From positions 1 through 64,000 of IMG/VR virus record IMGVR_UViG_3300010354_000002: 64,000 nt of DNA; one strand, given 5' to 3'. Of this stretch, positions 20,613-30,433 are shown in pieces. Under the pieces are notes generated by a model. The model was not told the origin of the DNA. It made no database searches and worked only from the letters and a program-made list of their open reading frames with translations. Within the stretch, counting starts at the first letter, position 1, and each line of letters begins with the position of its first letter. The position numbers and the translations under genes were made by a program. This DNA is from a virus.

Positions 20613-21273
20613 GCGACCGATGCCTCCGATGGAGGACGAAGAAGAGGAAATGCCCGACGGCGAACCCGAGGCTCCGATGCCTCCGATGGCCATGGCACCG
20701 GATGGTGACCCCACCGCTGCCCAAGGTTCGGAAGAGGAAGAGGAAGAGGAAGAGGAAGAGCCGGGTGAAGGGGAAGAGGACGAGGATGAAGACTACGGAC
20801 GCAAGTCCATGGACTTCGATCCTGATGACGCCCTTGCCACCGACACCGAAATCCTCAAGGGCATTGTGAACAATGCGGTGCGCGACGCTGTCGCCCCGCT
20901 TCACGCCAAGATCAAGCGACTTGAAACCCTTGTCAAGGCCGTGCCGAATTCGGTGCGTCAGTTGACGGAGGATGCGGTCGCCAAAAGTCTTGCCGCTGCC
21001 GAAGAGACCGAGGCTGTCAAGCCGACCGTCGCTGCGGCGTCCATTGGCCAGTCCACTCCTGATGTCCAGAAGGGCATTATCGCCCAACCGGGCGAGGACA
21101 ACCGTGGCCGTGCGCGTAATGCGTGCGCCAAGGCTCTTTCGCTCATGCGGGACAAACGGGCCGCAATCCCGGCATTCAACGACGTAGACTATGCGCTTCG
21201 TCAGGGCGGAAACGTTCCTGATGTTACGCTCAAGGCTTTGATTGAACAGATCGAAGCCGCTGAAACCCTTTGA
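20605..21273 (+). CDS. Scaffolding-like protein
   Basis: Very acidic N-terminus (poly-E), helical remainder, several KS/KG/KA motifs; between protease and MCP. Confidence 0.7.
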   Translation: MPKRPMPPMEDEEEEMPDGEPEAPMPPMAMAPDGDPTAAQGSEEEEEEEEEEPGEGEEDEDEDYGRKSMDFDPDDALATDTEILKGIVNNAVRDAVAPLHAKIKRLETLVKAVPNSVRQLTEDAVAKSLAAAEETEAVKPTVAAASIGQSTPDVQKGIIAQPGEDNRGRARNACAKALSLMRDKRAAIPAFNDVDYALRQGGNVPDVTLKALIEQIEAAETL

Positions 21274-21284
21274 GGTAAATAGAC

Positions 21285-22922
21285 ATGCTTAGTGGAAACA
21301 TGGGCATTCTTCCTTTGGAAGAAGTCCGCCAACTTCAGACTATCAATGATGAACTGGCCAAAGCCTACATCACCAACCAAGACATCGTCACTACGACCAA
21401 CGATGGCGATGCCTCCTCGCTTCGCAAGCAGTTCCTATTTGGGAACCTTGTCAGCACGATTTACTCGCAGGACGACGCTGCTTTCCTGAAGAAGTTGCGC
21501 GTTGAAAACGTGGGTTCGACCGTGGTCGAATTCTCGCGCTTTGACCTCGTCAACGGTGGTGACGGATTTGTGCCGGAGTCCGGTACTGATGGCGTGTTTG
21601 GCACCTCTTATGGTGAGGATGCCTTCTCCCGTCACACCCGCACCGTCAAGTTCATGGCGGCGGCTCGCCGTGTCGGCCTTGTGACCCAGTCGGTCAACAA
21701 CATCGCCAATCCGATGCGCATTGCCGAACAAGCCGCCAGCCTTGAAATCGTTCGCAACATGAACCTTGCGGCCATGTACGGTGACTCCGGTTTCAACACG
21801 CTGTCGTTTGACGGAATTGAAAAGCAGTTGCGAGATTACGTTGATGACGCCAACGACCCGGGCATTCTGATTGACATGCGTGGTGGCGTTGTGGATATTG
21901 AAGCGATTATGACGGCGGCAACGTCTATCCTGAAGCGATTCGGCAATCCTTCTCTGCTTTTGCAATCACCTGATTCGTACAACGACACTGAAGCCGAGTT
22001 GCTCTCCAACCTTCGGTCGCCCTATGGCTACTCTGGCATTGGCGGCATCAGCGTGGACAAGGTTCGCACTGCTGGTGGTGAAATCACCCGCATGTACGAC
22101 AAGATGCTCCGCGCCAATCGCCCGATCAACGTGCTCGGTGCCGCTGCGTCTGGTGGCCCTCGGACTACGGCTGACACGGGTGCGCTTTCGTTCACCGGAA
22201 CGCCGTGGGCTAGTCGTGCTGCTGGGCCGCCGGTCGTGAACAACACGGTTGCGGCTGGCAGTGGGTCGTATTGGCAGAACGTGACGCGCAACACGGCTGC
22301 CGCGCTTACCACCATCCCGGCTGTACCGGTTTCCGTGGATGGCAATAACGCTCAGAACAATCTTGCCACTGGACAATATCAGTACGCTGCTTCGATTGTC
22401 TATCAAGGCAAGGAGTCCCTGCCGTGGGTGTTTGCTCGTAGCGCAGTCGGTCTGTCTGGTGGTTCTGCTGATGGCACTGTTGCAAACAACTACTGGAACA
22501 CGACCCTTGGCGATGTCAATGCGCTAAGGCTCAATACCAGCGCAATTTCGGGCTATGCTGCTGCCACTCACCAGAAGACGGCATATTTCCGCATTTATCG
22601 GAAACTTTATTCTGAAGGCGCATCAGCGTGGAAGTTCCTCACGAACGTGGGAATTGGCACGGATGATATCGCCCTTGCCTATGACAACGGTTTCAAAATT
22701 CCCGGGACTGTGGACAACTTCCTGTTGACCGAGCAGCGTGACGGACGTGCGTCCATTGTCCTCGCCGAACTCTTGGCGATGATGAAGCGGCCGTTGCCGA
22801 ACCTGCCGTTGGCCGATGTGTTTGCGATGCTTGCCTTCGCAACCCCCATCGTCTTCTTCGGTGGTTTCCATGTTCAGTTCTACAACGTTCGCGCTATGCG
22901 ACCGGGCTACAACCCCACGTAG
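21285..22922 (+). CDS. Major capsid protein, Herelleviridae (SPO1/Twort/A511)-type
   Basis: LRKQFL, STVVEF, VKFM, VNNIANP, YGDS and FDG motifs match the Twort/A511 capsid pattern; GAGG RBS; terminator downstream. Confidence 0.85.
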   Translation: MLSGNMGILPLEEVRQLQTINDELAKAYITNQDIVTTTNDGDASSLRKQFLFGNLVSTIYSQDDAAFLKKLRVENVGSTVVEFSRFDLVNGGDGFVPESGTDGVFGTSYGEDAFSRHTRTVKFMAAARRVGLVTQSVNNIANPMRIAEQAASLEIVRNMNLAAMYGDSGFNTLSFDGIEKQLRDYVDDANDPGILIDMRGGVVDIEAIMTAATSILKRFGNPSLLLQSPDSYNDTEAELLSNLRSPYGYSGIGGISVDKVRTAGGEITRMYDKMLRANRPINVLGAAASGGPRTTADTGALSFTGTPWASRAAGPPVVNNTVAAGSGSYWQNVTRNTAAALTTIPAVPVSVDGNNAQNNLATGQYQYAASIVYQGKESLPWVFARSAVGLSGGSADGTVANNYWNTTLGDVNALRLNTSAISGYAAATHQKTAYFRIYRKLYSEGASAWKFLTNVGIGTDDIALAYDNGFKIPGTVDNFLLTEQRDGRASIVLAELLAMMKRPLPNLPLADVFAMLAFATPIVFFGGFHVQFYNVRAMRPGYNPT

Positions 22923-22936
22923 TCGTTAGACTGACG

Positions 22937-22977
22937 GGCGGTCGGTCGGCGGGTGACCGTTGGCCGACCGCCTTTTT
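22937..22977 (+). terminator. Rho-independent terminator after MCP
   Basis: GGCGGTCGGTCGGCGG-GTGA-CCGTTGGCCGACCGCC-TTTTT. Confidence 0.85.
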
Positions 22978-22988
22978 AGGTTAATCTC

Positions 22989-23780
22989 ATGGCACAAATC
23001 AGTGTAGAACAAGTAATCCCTCGCCTTATCGGTCTTGGCGACTGGCGTCGTCGTGCCGCCGAGGACGGGTATACCGACGCCTACATTGATGCCGAAGTGA
23101 TCCCTGCCGCAATCCGTCATTTTGAGCGACACGCACAGTTCCGCATCGAACCCGTGCGTGTTGTTATGGCACCCGATGGTGCCTACCCTCAGGCTTCCTC
23201 CGCATACCCCGTGGTTGAACTGGAAATGCTTCCCTACGTTCGACCCAATGCACAGGCCTATCTACGATTTCATGTTCCCGAGCCGCCTATTCGCCAAATT
23301 CTGCGAGTCCGGGTGATGCTCAACAAGACTAGCCAGATTTTTGAGATTCCCAGCCAATGGCTTGAGCATAGCCCCACAAGCGGCGATGTCTGGATTCAGC
23401 CTACTGCGGGTTCTTTGACTGCCGCAGCCGCCTTCGGATTCAACATCCTGAACCTTGCGTTTGGCGTGCGAGACGATATCCCGCACAGTTTTGCTATTGA
23501 CTACGATGCCGGTCTGCCAGATGGCTGGACTGACATGCGTGAGTGGAAAGACGTTGCTCGGGCAGTGACATGCCGCGCTGCAATTATGATTCTGTCAGAC
23601 TGGGCACAAGCGTTCGATGCTGGCCGCGCTACCAAGAACGTTGGTGGCTTGGGGGTGTCCATCTCTACACAGTTGACCCGTTTTGAGGATCGGATCAACA
23701 GGCTGGAGATGGAAGAGAAAGAGATCATTGATCAGTTGCGAGCACAGGCTGGACGCAACGTCAACGTAGGATTCATCTGA
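22989..23780 (+). CDS. Head-tail adaptor/neck protein
   Basis: Follows the MCP; IDYDAG motif and C-terminal helix typical of adaptors. Confidence 0.7.
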   Translation: MAQISVEQVIPRLIGLGDWRRRAAEDGYTDAYIDAEVIPAAIRHFERHAQFRIEPVRVVMAPDGAYPQASSAYPVVELEMLPYVRPNAQAYLRFHVPEPPIRQILRVRVMLNKTSQIFEIPSQWLEHSPTSGDVWIQPTAGSLTAAAAFGFNILNLAFGVRDDIPHSFAIDYDAGLPDGWTDMREWKDVARAVTCRAAIMILSDWAQAFDAGRATKNVGGLGVSISTQLTRFEDRINRLEMEEKEIIDQLRAQAGRNVNVGFI

Positions 23781-24721
23781 TGAATCAGTATGGATCTGGT
23801 TTTAAATTCGGAAACGGTCTGCCACTTCGTCTAGATTTTGGCGACCTGCTGGATTTGATTCAGGTCCATCCCGGGCGGCAATTCTGTCGCTGGTACAAGG
23901 CCTATCCGCAGATTCCAACCAATGTTACTACCGTGACTCTGCCTACGGATGCGAAGAAGTTCATCCGCGTTGAGCAGGAGTTTCCGAGCACCGAACTGCG
24001 CCCGATGATTGTGTTTGACGCTAGTGGCTTCAACCGGACTTATCGGGAGATGTTGGGCATGGTGGAAGAAGGCGGGATGGCAATGGTCTACCTGCCTGAT
24101 GAAGTTGACATTGCACAAGACGATTGGGTCACGCCATGGGGTCTTGTAGGTGACGGGTCCGATGCTCCCAATCGTGTGGTAAGCGAAGTGCTGCCTCGGG
24201 GTCGAAAGCGCATTGCGGGTACAGGCACTGTAACCATTGCCGGGTCTACCGCCACGTTCAGCACCACAAGCCATGGTGCGCGGTATGGGGACGTGTTGAT
24301 GGCCGCTGGCCGTCAGGTAACTCTTGGGACGCCTACGGGAGCGACTGTGCCCATCATTGGTACTATCGTTGCTTCAACCACGCCAGTTACGAATGCAAGG
24401 TATGAAATTGGGCGGGATGCTCTCATGCACCCCGGTGCATCCAACTTCATGGAAATGATGACCGCTTCGGGCACTGTCATTCCCGGTGGGCTTCGGGCCA
24501 ACATTGCCAATCAGGAACTGGTATGGCTTGATATGACAGGCATTGCCGATGCACCGGCTTTGAGCGTGCGTTACCGGGCAACGCCTACCTACGCCATCAA
24601 GTCGTCGTGGGTGCGTATCCCGGGCTACGACTACGACGCTCCTAGTGTGCCGATTGGGCGTTTGCCACATATGGCGCAGGGTATGCACGTCATTCCCGAA
24701 AACCATAGGGGGTGGCTGTAA
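23780..24721 (+). CDS. Neck/head-completion protein
   Basis: 313 aa; translationally coupled; called from position. Confidence 0.6.
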   Translation: MNQYGSGFKFGNGLPLRLDFGDLLDLIQVHPGRQFCRWYKAYPQIPTNVTTVTLPTDAKKFIRVEQEFPSTELRPMIVFDASGFNRTYREMLGMVEEGGMAMVYLPDEVDIAQDDWVTPWGLVGDGSDAPNRVVSEVLPRGRKRIAGTGTVTIAGSTATFSTTSHGARYGDVLMAAGRQVTLGTPTGATVPIIGTIVASTTPVTNARYEIGRDALMHPGASNFMEMMTASGTVIPGGLRANIANQELVWLDMTGIADAPALSVRYRATPTYAIKSSWVRIPGYDYDAPSVPIGRLPHMAQGMHVIPENHRGWL

Positions 24722-25479
24722 TGGTGCATCTTGACGCAGCCACAGACGCCAGTTCTGGCGGTACGTTCCGCATTGCCATGCAGTTGTCCGGCACCCCGAA
24801 TGGGGCTGTCACCACAACGGTGTCGCGCTATCCGTCAAAAACCGTCGGCTCTTATGCCACGCCTACGGTAACGGGTACGTTCCCCACGCTGACGGCGACT
24901 GTTTCCGGTGGTGGGTATTGGTATGTTTGGTTGTCTGACAGCGATGGCGAGACGGGTCCATTTGGCGTGTCTGCGTTGCTCACGTGCAGCCCGTGGCTTG
25001 TCTCCATTGGAGAGTCTGTGCGCAACATTCTTGTTGCGAACAAATCTAGAATTGATGCAGTGCTGCAACTGTTTCACCCGGACGCAGAGATCAACTCAAT
25101 TGAGTACGGGTTTTCAAACTCGCAGGTCAACGCTCCGTTTATTGTGGTTACTGCACCAAGAGTCGAAAGCGAACCCGTCGCTCTTAGCAACACTTACGAG
25201 TATCGGTTCGGCCTTACGATTGCTGTGGTCACGGCGCGTGCCAACGACGAAACGGACGAAACTAAAGGCGCGGCGGCGGTCGTTCAGGAGATATCGCGCA
25301 TCCTGAATCAGGTTGGATACAGCACTATCAACTTGTGCGACGGTTGTACAGCGTATTTCTGTCACGCCTCTGGGGGCAAGGCCGAGATGACGGTTGTTCC
25401 CGTGCAGGACGGCTACCTGTGGTTTGCCGTGGGCGATATTAGTTGGTCTGGCAACCTCCTTGTGTCGGAGGGTTACTAA
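24721..25479 (+). CDS. Putative tail terminator/completion protein
   Basis: TAATG overlap; PFIVV… beta-rich C-terminal domain; called from position. Confidence 0.5.
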   Translation: MVHLDAATDASSGGTFRIAMQLSGTPNGAVTTTVSRYPSKTVGSYATPTVTGTFPTLTATVSGGGYWYVWLSDSDGETGPFGVSALLTCSPWLVSIGESVRNILVANKSRIDAVLQLFHPDAEINSIEYGFSNSQVNAPFIVVTAPRVESEPVALSNTYEYRFGLTIAVVTARANDETDETKGAAAVVQEISRILNQVGYSTINLCDGCTAYFCHASGGKAEMTVVPVQDGYLWFAVGDISWSGNLLVSEGY

Positions 25480-26144
25480 TGCCCGTATCCATCAATATAG
25501 AACCACTCCCTAATACCGTTAGGGCGGTAACGTTGGTATTTGACTTTCAGATTGACGACGACGATCTTGGTCAACTAGAGGATCGGCTTGGCAATGTAGA
25601 GCCATTGCTGAATCGCATTGCTCGGATCATGCGTCGTGCCGCCGCCGCAAGGTTTCGAGAAGGTGGGCCGGGTTGGCGTCCATTGGCTGAATCCACTATT
25701 GCAGACAAATTGGCTGCCGGTGCGCCTCCCACAATGGCGAACGGCAGGGTATTCCCCCGGTTCCGTCAAGCGGGTGCTTTGAATGCTCCTGCCACCACCA
25801 TCCTGATCCGTAGCGGTGCGTTGCGCGACTCGTGGGTGCGCAAACGGGACAAGTACCACTACGAGCAGATTGATTCAGATAGCGGAACCGTGGAGATCGG
25901 TTCTGAACTGCCGTATGCATCTGCGCATCAGATGGGTACTGCACCGAGGCTGATCACTCCGGTCAACGCCCTTGCTTTGCGGTTTATGACTGCCTCCGGC
26001 AACTACATCTTCCGCAAATACGTCAACCACCCCGGCTTGCCGCCTCGCCCGGTGCAACTCCTGCCCCATGACGAGGTTCGCATCAAGGAGGAAATCCAGC
26101 ATTATCTGAATGTCCATCGCATTCAGGTCGAAGAGCCGGATTGA
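25479..26144 (+). CDS. Virion morphogenesis protein (Mu gpG / P2 gpS-like)
   Basis: WRPLAESTI, ILIRSGALRDS, YASAHQMG and HPGLPPRP motifs. Confidence 0.8.
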   Translation: MPVSINIEPLPNTVRAVTLVFDFQIDDDDLGQLEDRLGNVEPLLNRIARIMRRAAAARFREGGPGWRPLAESTIADKLAAGAPPTMANGRVFPRFRQAGALNAPATTILIRSGALRDSWVRKRDKYHYEQIDSDSGTVEIGSELPYASAHQMGTAPRLITPVNALALRFMTASGNYIFRKYVNHPGLPPRPVQLLPHDEVRIKEEIQHYLNVHRIQVEEPD

Positions 26145-26197
26145 CTCCAAAGCCAACGCATCAACTGTACAATATTTCGTAATCTGGGAGAACTATC

Positions 26198-27202
26198 ATG
26201 GCGGCAACCCCTCAAACTCAAGGCTTTCTTGGTGGAGTCACCATCGCTGGGCGAAAATTTACCGTGCGGGGAAATCCTCAATTTCGAGCAAACCGCAATA
26301 TTGACGTCACAGGGATGATTGGGACTGGATATCCATACCTGTATGCCGAGGGTGTTCAGACTCCCACAATCACGATGTCCATCGTGCCTCGCGCCTCCGG
26401 TGATGGATGTCCTTTTCTCGAATCATTCCTTGCTTGTTTTTTGACAAGATCGGCAGGAATACCTACAGCCCCGGTATGGGAAACGCCTCTTGTCATTGCC
26501 GTTGGTGCAACTGATCCGGCTCCCGGGAGTGTTTCAGGTCTGAATTTGGCAACAGCCATGGCCAATGCTGGAATTGTTTTTTCCGACGGGGAAACAATCA
26601 CATGCATGTTTGGGGTTAAGGCAGAGTCCGTACGCATCAGTACTGCAAAAGGCCAAGACCTAATGTTTGATGTGACTTTTGTAGGCACTTGCTACAAGCA
26701 GTTCCGGTGGACCAATGATAATGCCTTCATCACTGCGTTGAACACGCTACGATTTACAGCGTCCGACTGCATCGCCCCACTGAGATTTCAATCGGTTACT
26801 GTTAGTGGAGACTTTGCGGATAAGGTTTTTGGCATCAATCTGTCTTGGTCTAACAATCACACTCCAAACATGGGTCTTGATGGAACGGTGTTTCCTATTG
26901 CACAAAATGCAGGGATGCCAAATGCGGGTTTGTCGTTGACACTTCAGGCTCTAGACTCAATTCCCGGAGACCTGCTTACGCCGTCTTCGTTTTCGTTCAC
27001 CGTACTTAGTATTGGTATTGGATCGGTAACGTTCACAATGCCAAAGCCTGTTGTTTACAACCCATATGACCGGTCTGCGCCTATGGGACGTGTATTGCGA
27101 AACTACAATTACACCTTGCTGGGAGATTGTACTCAGCCGAACGTATTCGCAGGGTCTATGGTAATTCCAACTTATACAGGCAATTTTAATGATGTAGCCT
27201 AA
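26198..27202 (+). CDS. Major tail (tube) protein
   Basis: 334 aa, beta-rich; GGAG RBS and TACAAT box; last gene of the block, followed by a terminator. Confidence 0.6.
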   Translation: MAATPQTQGFLGGVTIAGRKFTVRGNPQFRANRNIDVTGMIGTGYPYLYAEGVQTPTITMSIVPRASGDGCPFLESFLACFLTRSAGIPTAPVWETPLVIAVGATDPAPGSVSGLNLATAMANAGIVFSDGETITCMFGVKAESVRISTAKGQDLMFDVTFVGTCYKQFRWTNDNAFITALNTLRFTASDCIAPLRFQSVTVSGDFADKVFGINLSWSNNHTPNMGLDGTVFPIAQNAGMPNAGLSLTLQALDSIPGDLLTPSSFSFTVLSIGIGSVTFTMPKPVVYNPYDRSAPMGRVLRNYNYTLLGDCTQPNVFAGSMVIPTYTGNFNDVA

Positions 27203-27228
27203 TATTGTTGTCCATAACATAATCTGCA

Positions 27229-27267
27229 AAGCCTCCCCAGTCAAAAGACCGAGGAGGCTTCTGTTTG
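27229..27267. terminator. Bidirectional terminator
   Basis: AAGCCTCC…GGAGGCTT stem between convergent genes. Confidence 0.7.
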
Positions 27268-27285
27268 ATTTGAAGCGATGGCTTC

Positions 27286-27696
27286 CTAGTCAATCCACGT
27301 CCAGACATAGGACTTGATACCGGCCTTGTTCAGGACGTCAACCCACGCCTGTGCACGGGCTTCGTTGACGGCGAGGCTTTGCGTGAGCGAGGGCGGGTTG
27401 AACGTCTCGCACTCGAAATCCAAAACGTAGTAGGTCACAGAGTTCTGATATCCCAGAGCCTTCTTGGTCTTGAGGTATTGGGCGAAGCCCGTGCGTCCAG
27501 AGTCCAACCGAATGGACGCCATGCCATAGGGATAACCGCAGACGACGTACTTCCTCTTGGTCCAGTGATCAACCACGATGGACTTCTGGCCACGAGCCGC
27601 CTCACGAGCCGCCTTGGCTGCCGCCTTGCGACCGGCCTTGATGGCCCGGGCGACCAAGCGGTCGTAACGGGCGATGGTGGCGTTGCTAATAGTCAT
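27286..27696 (-). CDS. Conserved phage hypothetical early protein
   Basis: TQSLAVNEARAQAW…GIKSY…ID motif; CAGGAG RBS. Confidence 0.75.
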   Translation of the reverse strand: MTISNATIARYDRLVARAIKAGRKAAAKAAREAARGQKSIVVDHWTKRKYVVCGYPYGMASIRLDSGRTGFAQYLKTKKALGYQNSVTYYVLDFECETFNPPSLTQSLAVNEARAQAWVDVLNKAGIKSYVWTWID

Positions 27697-27700
27697 GTCA

Positions 27701-27760
27701 AATCTCCTGTATCGGTTCTTCCGATGAGCCTAGTTTACCGTTCGTGTTACGGGTTGTCAA
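27701..27760 (-). promoter_or_regulatory. Early promoter/hairpin/RBS cassette
   Basis: TTGACA-17-TAAACT; CATCGGAAGAACCGATACAGGAGA. Confidence 0.85.
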
Positions 27761-28163
27761 CAGTATCCAGATTGCGTTGTGCGATGGAGGCGAATGTCCG
27801 CAGGATCACCAGTTGGGCGATTGCCTCGCGGACAAAGTTGCTGCCACTACCGATGAAGATTCGTCGCTTTTCACGGTCATCGGTGGATCGGGCGTCCCGG
27901 GCTGTTGCCAAAGCGCATTCCAAGTTTCCTTGCACGGTCTGAAGTCCGAGGCCAAGCCCGATAAGGACATCATCCTCCAAGCCTGCCGACCATATGGCAT
28001 TGGCGTAGCCCTTGATGCGGTCAACCGCATTGCGCAGGTCTGTACAAACAGCGTCAAGATCAGCCCATCCACGCCAACTCAGGTCTTCGATGTGACGAAA
28101 GTCGGGGAGGCGATATTCCGCAACGTTGTCCAAGACTGTCTTCAGGGTAAAAGGTGCATTCAT
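27747..28163 (-). CDS. Hypothetical protein, paralog of 28641-29051
   Basis: IEDLSW…NLECAL…AIAQL; AAGGAG RBS. Confidence 0.75.
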   Translation of the reverse strand: MNAPFTLKTVLDNVAEYRLPDFRHIEDLSWRGWADLDAVCTDLRNAVDRIKGYANAIWSAGLEDDVLIGLGLGLQTVQGNLECALATARDARSTDDREKRRIFIGSGSNFVREAIAQLVILRTFASIAQRNLDTVDNP

Positions 28164-28214
28164 TCTAGTTCTCCTTTGTCAGTAGCCCGATTGCCCGGGC
28201 CTTCGTGTTGTCGT

Positions 28215-28580
28215 TCAGGCAATGCCCAATTCGGTAGAAATCCGGTTGATTTTGGCCGCCAATGCTTGACGCTTGGCAATCAACCATTCGTCCGCAGGAA
28301 TGTCAGAAAAGGCGACAGAAGCGACGATCCCGCGATATTCAAAAATCGCATTGTTCAGACGCTTGATTTCCCGAGCCAAAACAAAATCGCGCAACGGATC
28401 GCCAATCCCCAATGTGTTGGCGAGTGTCGCAACCTCCTGCTCAAGCCGCACTGATGTTGAGATTCGGAAATCGCAATAATCGCCATTGAGATCCTTGTCA
28501 GTCCAATTGCGGAGATCGTTGATGCGATTGGCGATCTTCTTGATCGCGGTGATGGTGTCGTTGTTCAGGTTGATGTTCAT
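28215..28580 (-). CDS. Hypothetical helical early protein
   Basis: ATG follows the cassette RBS (CAGGAGAACTACGATG). Confidence 0.75.
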   Translation of the reverse strand: MNINLNNDTITAIKKIANRINDLRNWTDKDLNGDYCDFRISTSVRLEQEVATLANTLGIGDPLRDFVLAREIKRLNNAIFEYRGIVASVAFSDIPADEWLIAKRQALAAKINRISTELGIA

Positions 28581-28644
28581 CGTAGTTCTCCTGTATCGGT
28601 TCTTCCGATGGGGTGATTGTACAACTCGCACACTGCGTTGTCAA
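28581..28644 (-). promoter_or_regulatory. Early promoter/hairpin/RBS cassette
   Basis: TTGACA-17-TACAAT-CACCCCATCGGAAGAACCGATACAGGAGAACT. Confidence 0.9.
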
Positions 28645-29051
28645 GCAAGATTGAGTTCGCGCAAGGCATGTCCTGCAAAGACCCCGATCACGTCCAGTTG
28701 AGCGAGGGCAGAGCGAAGGAGGTCGCGGACACACGCATTTCGTGAGCACGCATCAATTTGATTGGGACTGTCTCGGATATCCTGTGCAACTGACAGGGCA
28801 CATCGCAGGTTGCTGGTTATCTGGCACTCCAATGCAATAAACAATCCACATGCGTACCCATTTTCGTGAATGATCGGCTTCAGGGCGTTTTTGTATGCGG
28901 TGATGGTGCCAAGCGCATCATTTATGATTTCGGCTACAGCATTGATATCGTCCCACGATTTCCACGTCAAGTCCTTGATTGGTGCGAGGGATTCAATGCT
29001 GTGCCCATAGAGAATCTGCAATACTGCGGTTGCGGGCAAAGTGGTGTCCAT
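28641..29051 (-). CDS. Hypothetical protein, paralog of 27747-28163
   Basis: IKDLTW…NLRCAL…ALAQL. Confidence 0.75.
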   Translation of the reverse strand: MDTTLPATAVLQILYGHSIESLAPIKDLTWKSWDDINAVAEIINDALGTITAYKNALKPIIHENGYACGLFIALECQITSNLRCALSVAQDIRDSPNQIDACSRNACVRDLLRSALAQLDVIGVFAGHALRELNLA

Positions 29052-29116
29052 CTAAGTTCTCCTGTATCGGTTCTTCCGATGGGGTGATTGTACAAGCGTT
29101 GCAACGGCGTTGTCAA
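29052..29116 (-). promoter_or_regulatory. Early promoter/hairpin/RBS cassette
   Basis: TTGACA-18-TACAAT; about 41 bp identical to the 28581 cassette. Confidence 0.9.
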
Positions 29117-29133
29117 GGGCGCACAGGAAAAAA

Positions 29134-29622
29134 TTACAAGCCTTCCAGCCACTGATCCAGTTCGGTGTGATCAAGCCGGGGGTCGTCCAACGAAACGCCG
29201 TCTTGCGTTTTGTTGTAGCCAAAGTACCGAAGTTTTTCTCGCGCCTCCGTCCACGATTCAGATCGGCGAACAGCACGGTACAGGGCTTCTGTGTTGCCTA
29301 CCCACAACGTTACGTTCCATGTTTCGTAGTTTGCCCATCCGTTGTAGGTTTCATCATCCAATGACGTTGCGTCTTTATCTGCTTCGACCGTATCCGTTCC
29401 GCAATCGCTTGGACATCCGTGTTTGTGGCAAAGGTTGCCATAGATTAGTTTGGCCGCTTCTGAATCCGGGCCGTTGGACATAGGCCCGGGGCGAAAACCC
29501 ATCCTGATGCATTGGCACAAACGCCTGTACTCGCGGCTGGCCTGACCGTCGTGATGATCGGTGTACCACCAGTAATGCGCCTCAACGATATCGAACCTTG
29601 TGTAGTCGTAACCGATTGTCAT
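29134..29622 (-). CDS. Two-domain hypothetical protein
   Basis: YNGWANYETWNVTLW phage motif in the C-terminal half; CAGGAG RBS. Confidence 0.75.
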   Translation of the reverse strand: MTIGYDYTRFDIVEAHYWWYTDHHDGQASREYRRLCQCIRMGFRPGPMSNGPDSEAAKLIYGNLCHKHGCPSDCGTDTVEADKDATSLDDETYNGWANYETWNVTLWVGNTEALYRAVRRSESWTEAREKLRYFGYNKTQDGVSLDDPRLDHTELDQWLEGL

Positions 29623-29942
29623 GTTGCTGCTCCTGCGTGAATGTAGTTGTCGTGTTCCCCAACCAGATATGGCGTTGCATTCATGGGTTGACCACGTCGA
29701 ACCCAACGTCCATTTTTCCTGCGTGTCACTATGACGCAATTCCCAACCCCGAGGCATACTGTCTTCCCATCAATGACCTTGTTTGATCTAACGACGATGC
29801 AACGGCGAGACCGAACTTGAACGATGATGTAACTATGCCGATCAGTCCATAGCAGGTGGGTAACTGAATCTCCCACCTGCGGCACGTGATCCAAGGGACT
29901 ATGGATTGCAATCAGGTTCAGTAGGCTCCAATCAAATCTCAT
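29619..29942 (-). CDS. Small beta-barrel-like protein, paralog of 56619
   Basis: PQVGD…TDRHSYIIVQV…TRRKNGRW. Confidence 0.7.
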   Translation of the reverse strand: MRFDWSLLNLIAIHSPLDHVPQVGDSVTHLLWTDRHSYIIVQVRSRRCIVVRSNKVIDGKTVCLGVGNCVIVTRRKNGRWVRRGQPMNATPYLVGEHDNYIHAGAAT

Positions 29943-30216
29943 GGAATGAGAGAGACCAGTGATAGTCATGTTGATACCAGAATCCATGTCGTTGACAAAT
30001 GGCACGCAGTTCGTTGGCGGCCTGCCATTCATCATCGCCATAGTTCAACAAGGTGTATAGCGGCGACCCTTCGATCGTCATAATGAAGGCAGAATTGCTT
30101 CCCCATTCCTCGCCACGCCTTTTCCATTCGGCAATAGACACAATCTTTGCCTCGCCGTCCCTTCTCTTTTCCAGCCATTTACGGATTTCGTTTTTCAATG
30201 CAGTACTGCTTCTCAT
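29932..30216 (-). CDS. Hypothetical protein
   Basis: AAGGAG RBS before MRSSTAL. Confidence 0.7.
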   Translation of the reverse strand: MRSSTALKNEIRKWLEKRRDGEAKIVSIAEWKRRGEEWGSNSAFIMTIEGSPLYTLLNYGDDEWQAANELRAICQRHGFWYQHDYHWSLSFHEI

Positions 30217-30226
30217 TGGATTCTCC

Positions 30227-30433
30227 TTAGATTGCTCGAAATACAAACGTGTTGTTGTACTCACGGTACAGGAACAGATTGTCCCGATGCAACGACTTCT
30301 CAAACAGATGCTTGGCTTCGGTGATGGTTATCCGAGCCTCAACGCCTTCGCACAACTCAACGTAATATGTGCCCGAACCCGGGAAATGCAGGTTGACAAC
30401 CTGAGGCTTGGTATCGGTGTGCAAAACTTTCAT
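30227..30433 (-). CDS. Hypothetical protein
   Basis: First gene after a promoter cassette. Confidence 0.7.
   Translation of the reverse strand: MKVLHTDTKPQVVNLHFPGSGTYYVELCEGVEARITITEAKHLFEKSLHRDNLFLYREYNNTFVFRAI

Noticed and set aside
20731-20790. GAAGAG tandem repeat as a functional DNA repeat
   Set aside because: It simply encodes the poly-Glu tract of the scaffold protein.
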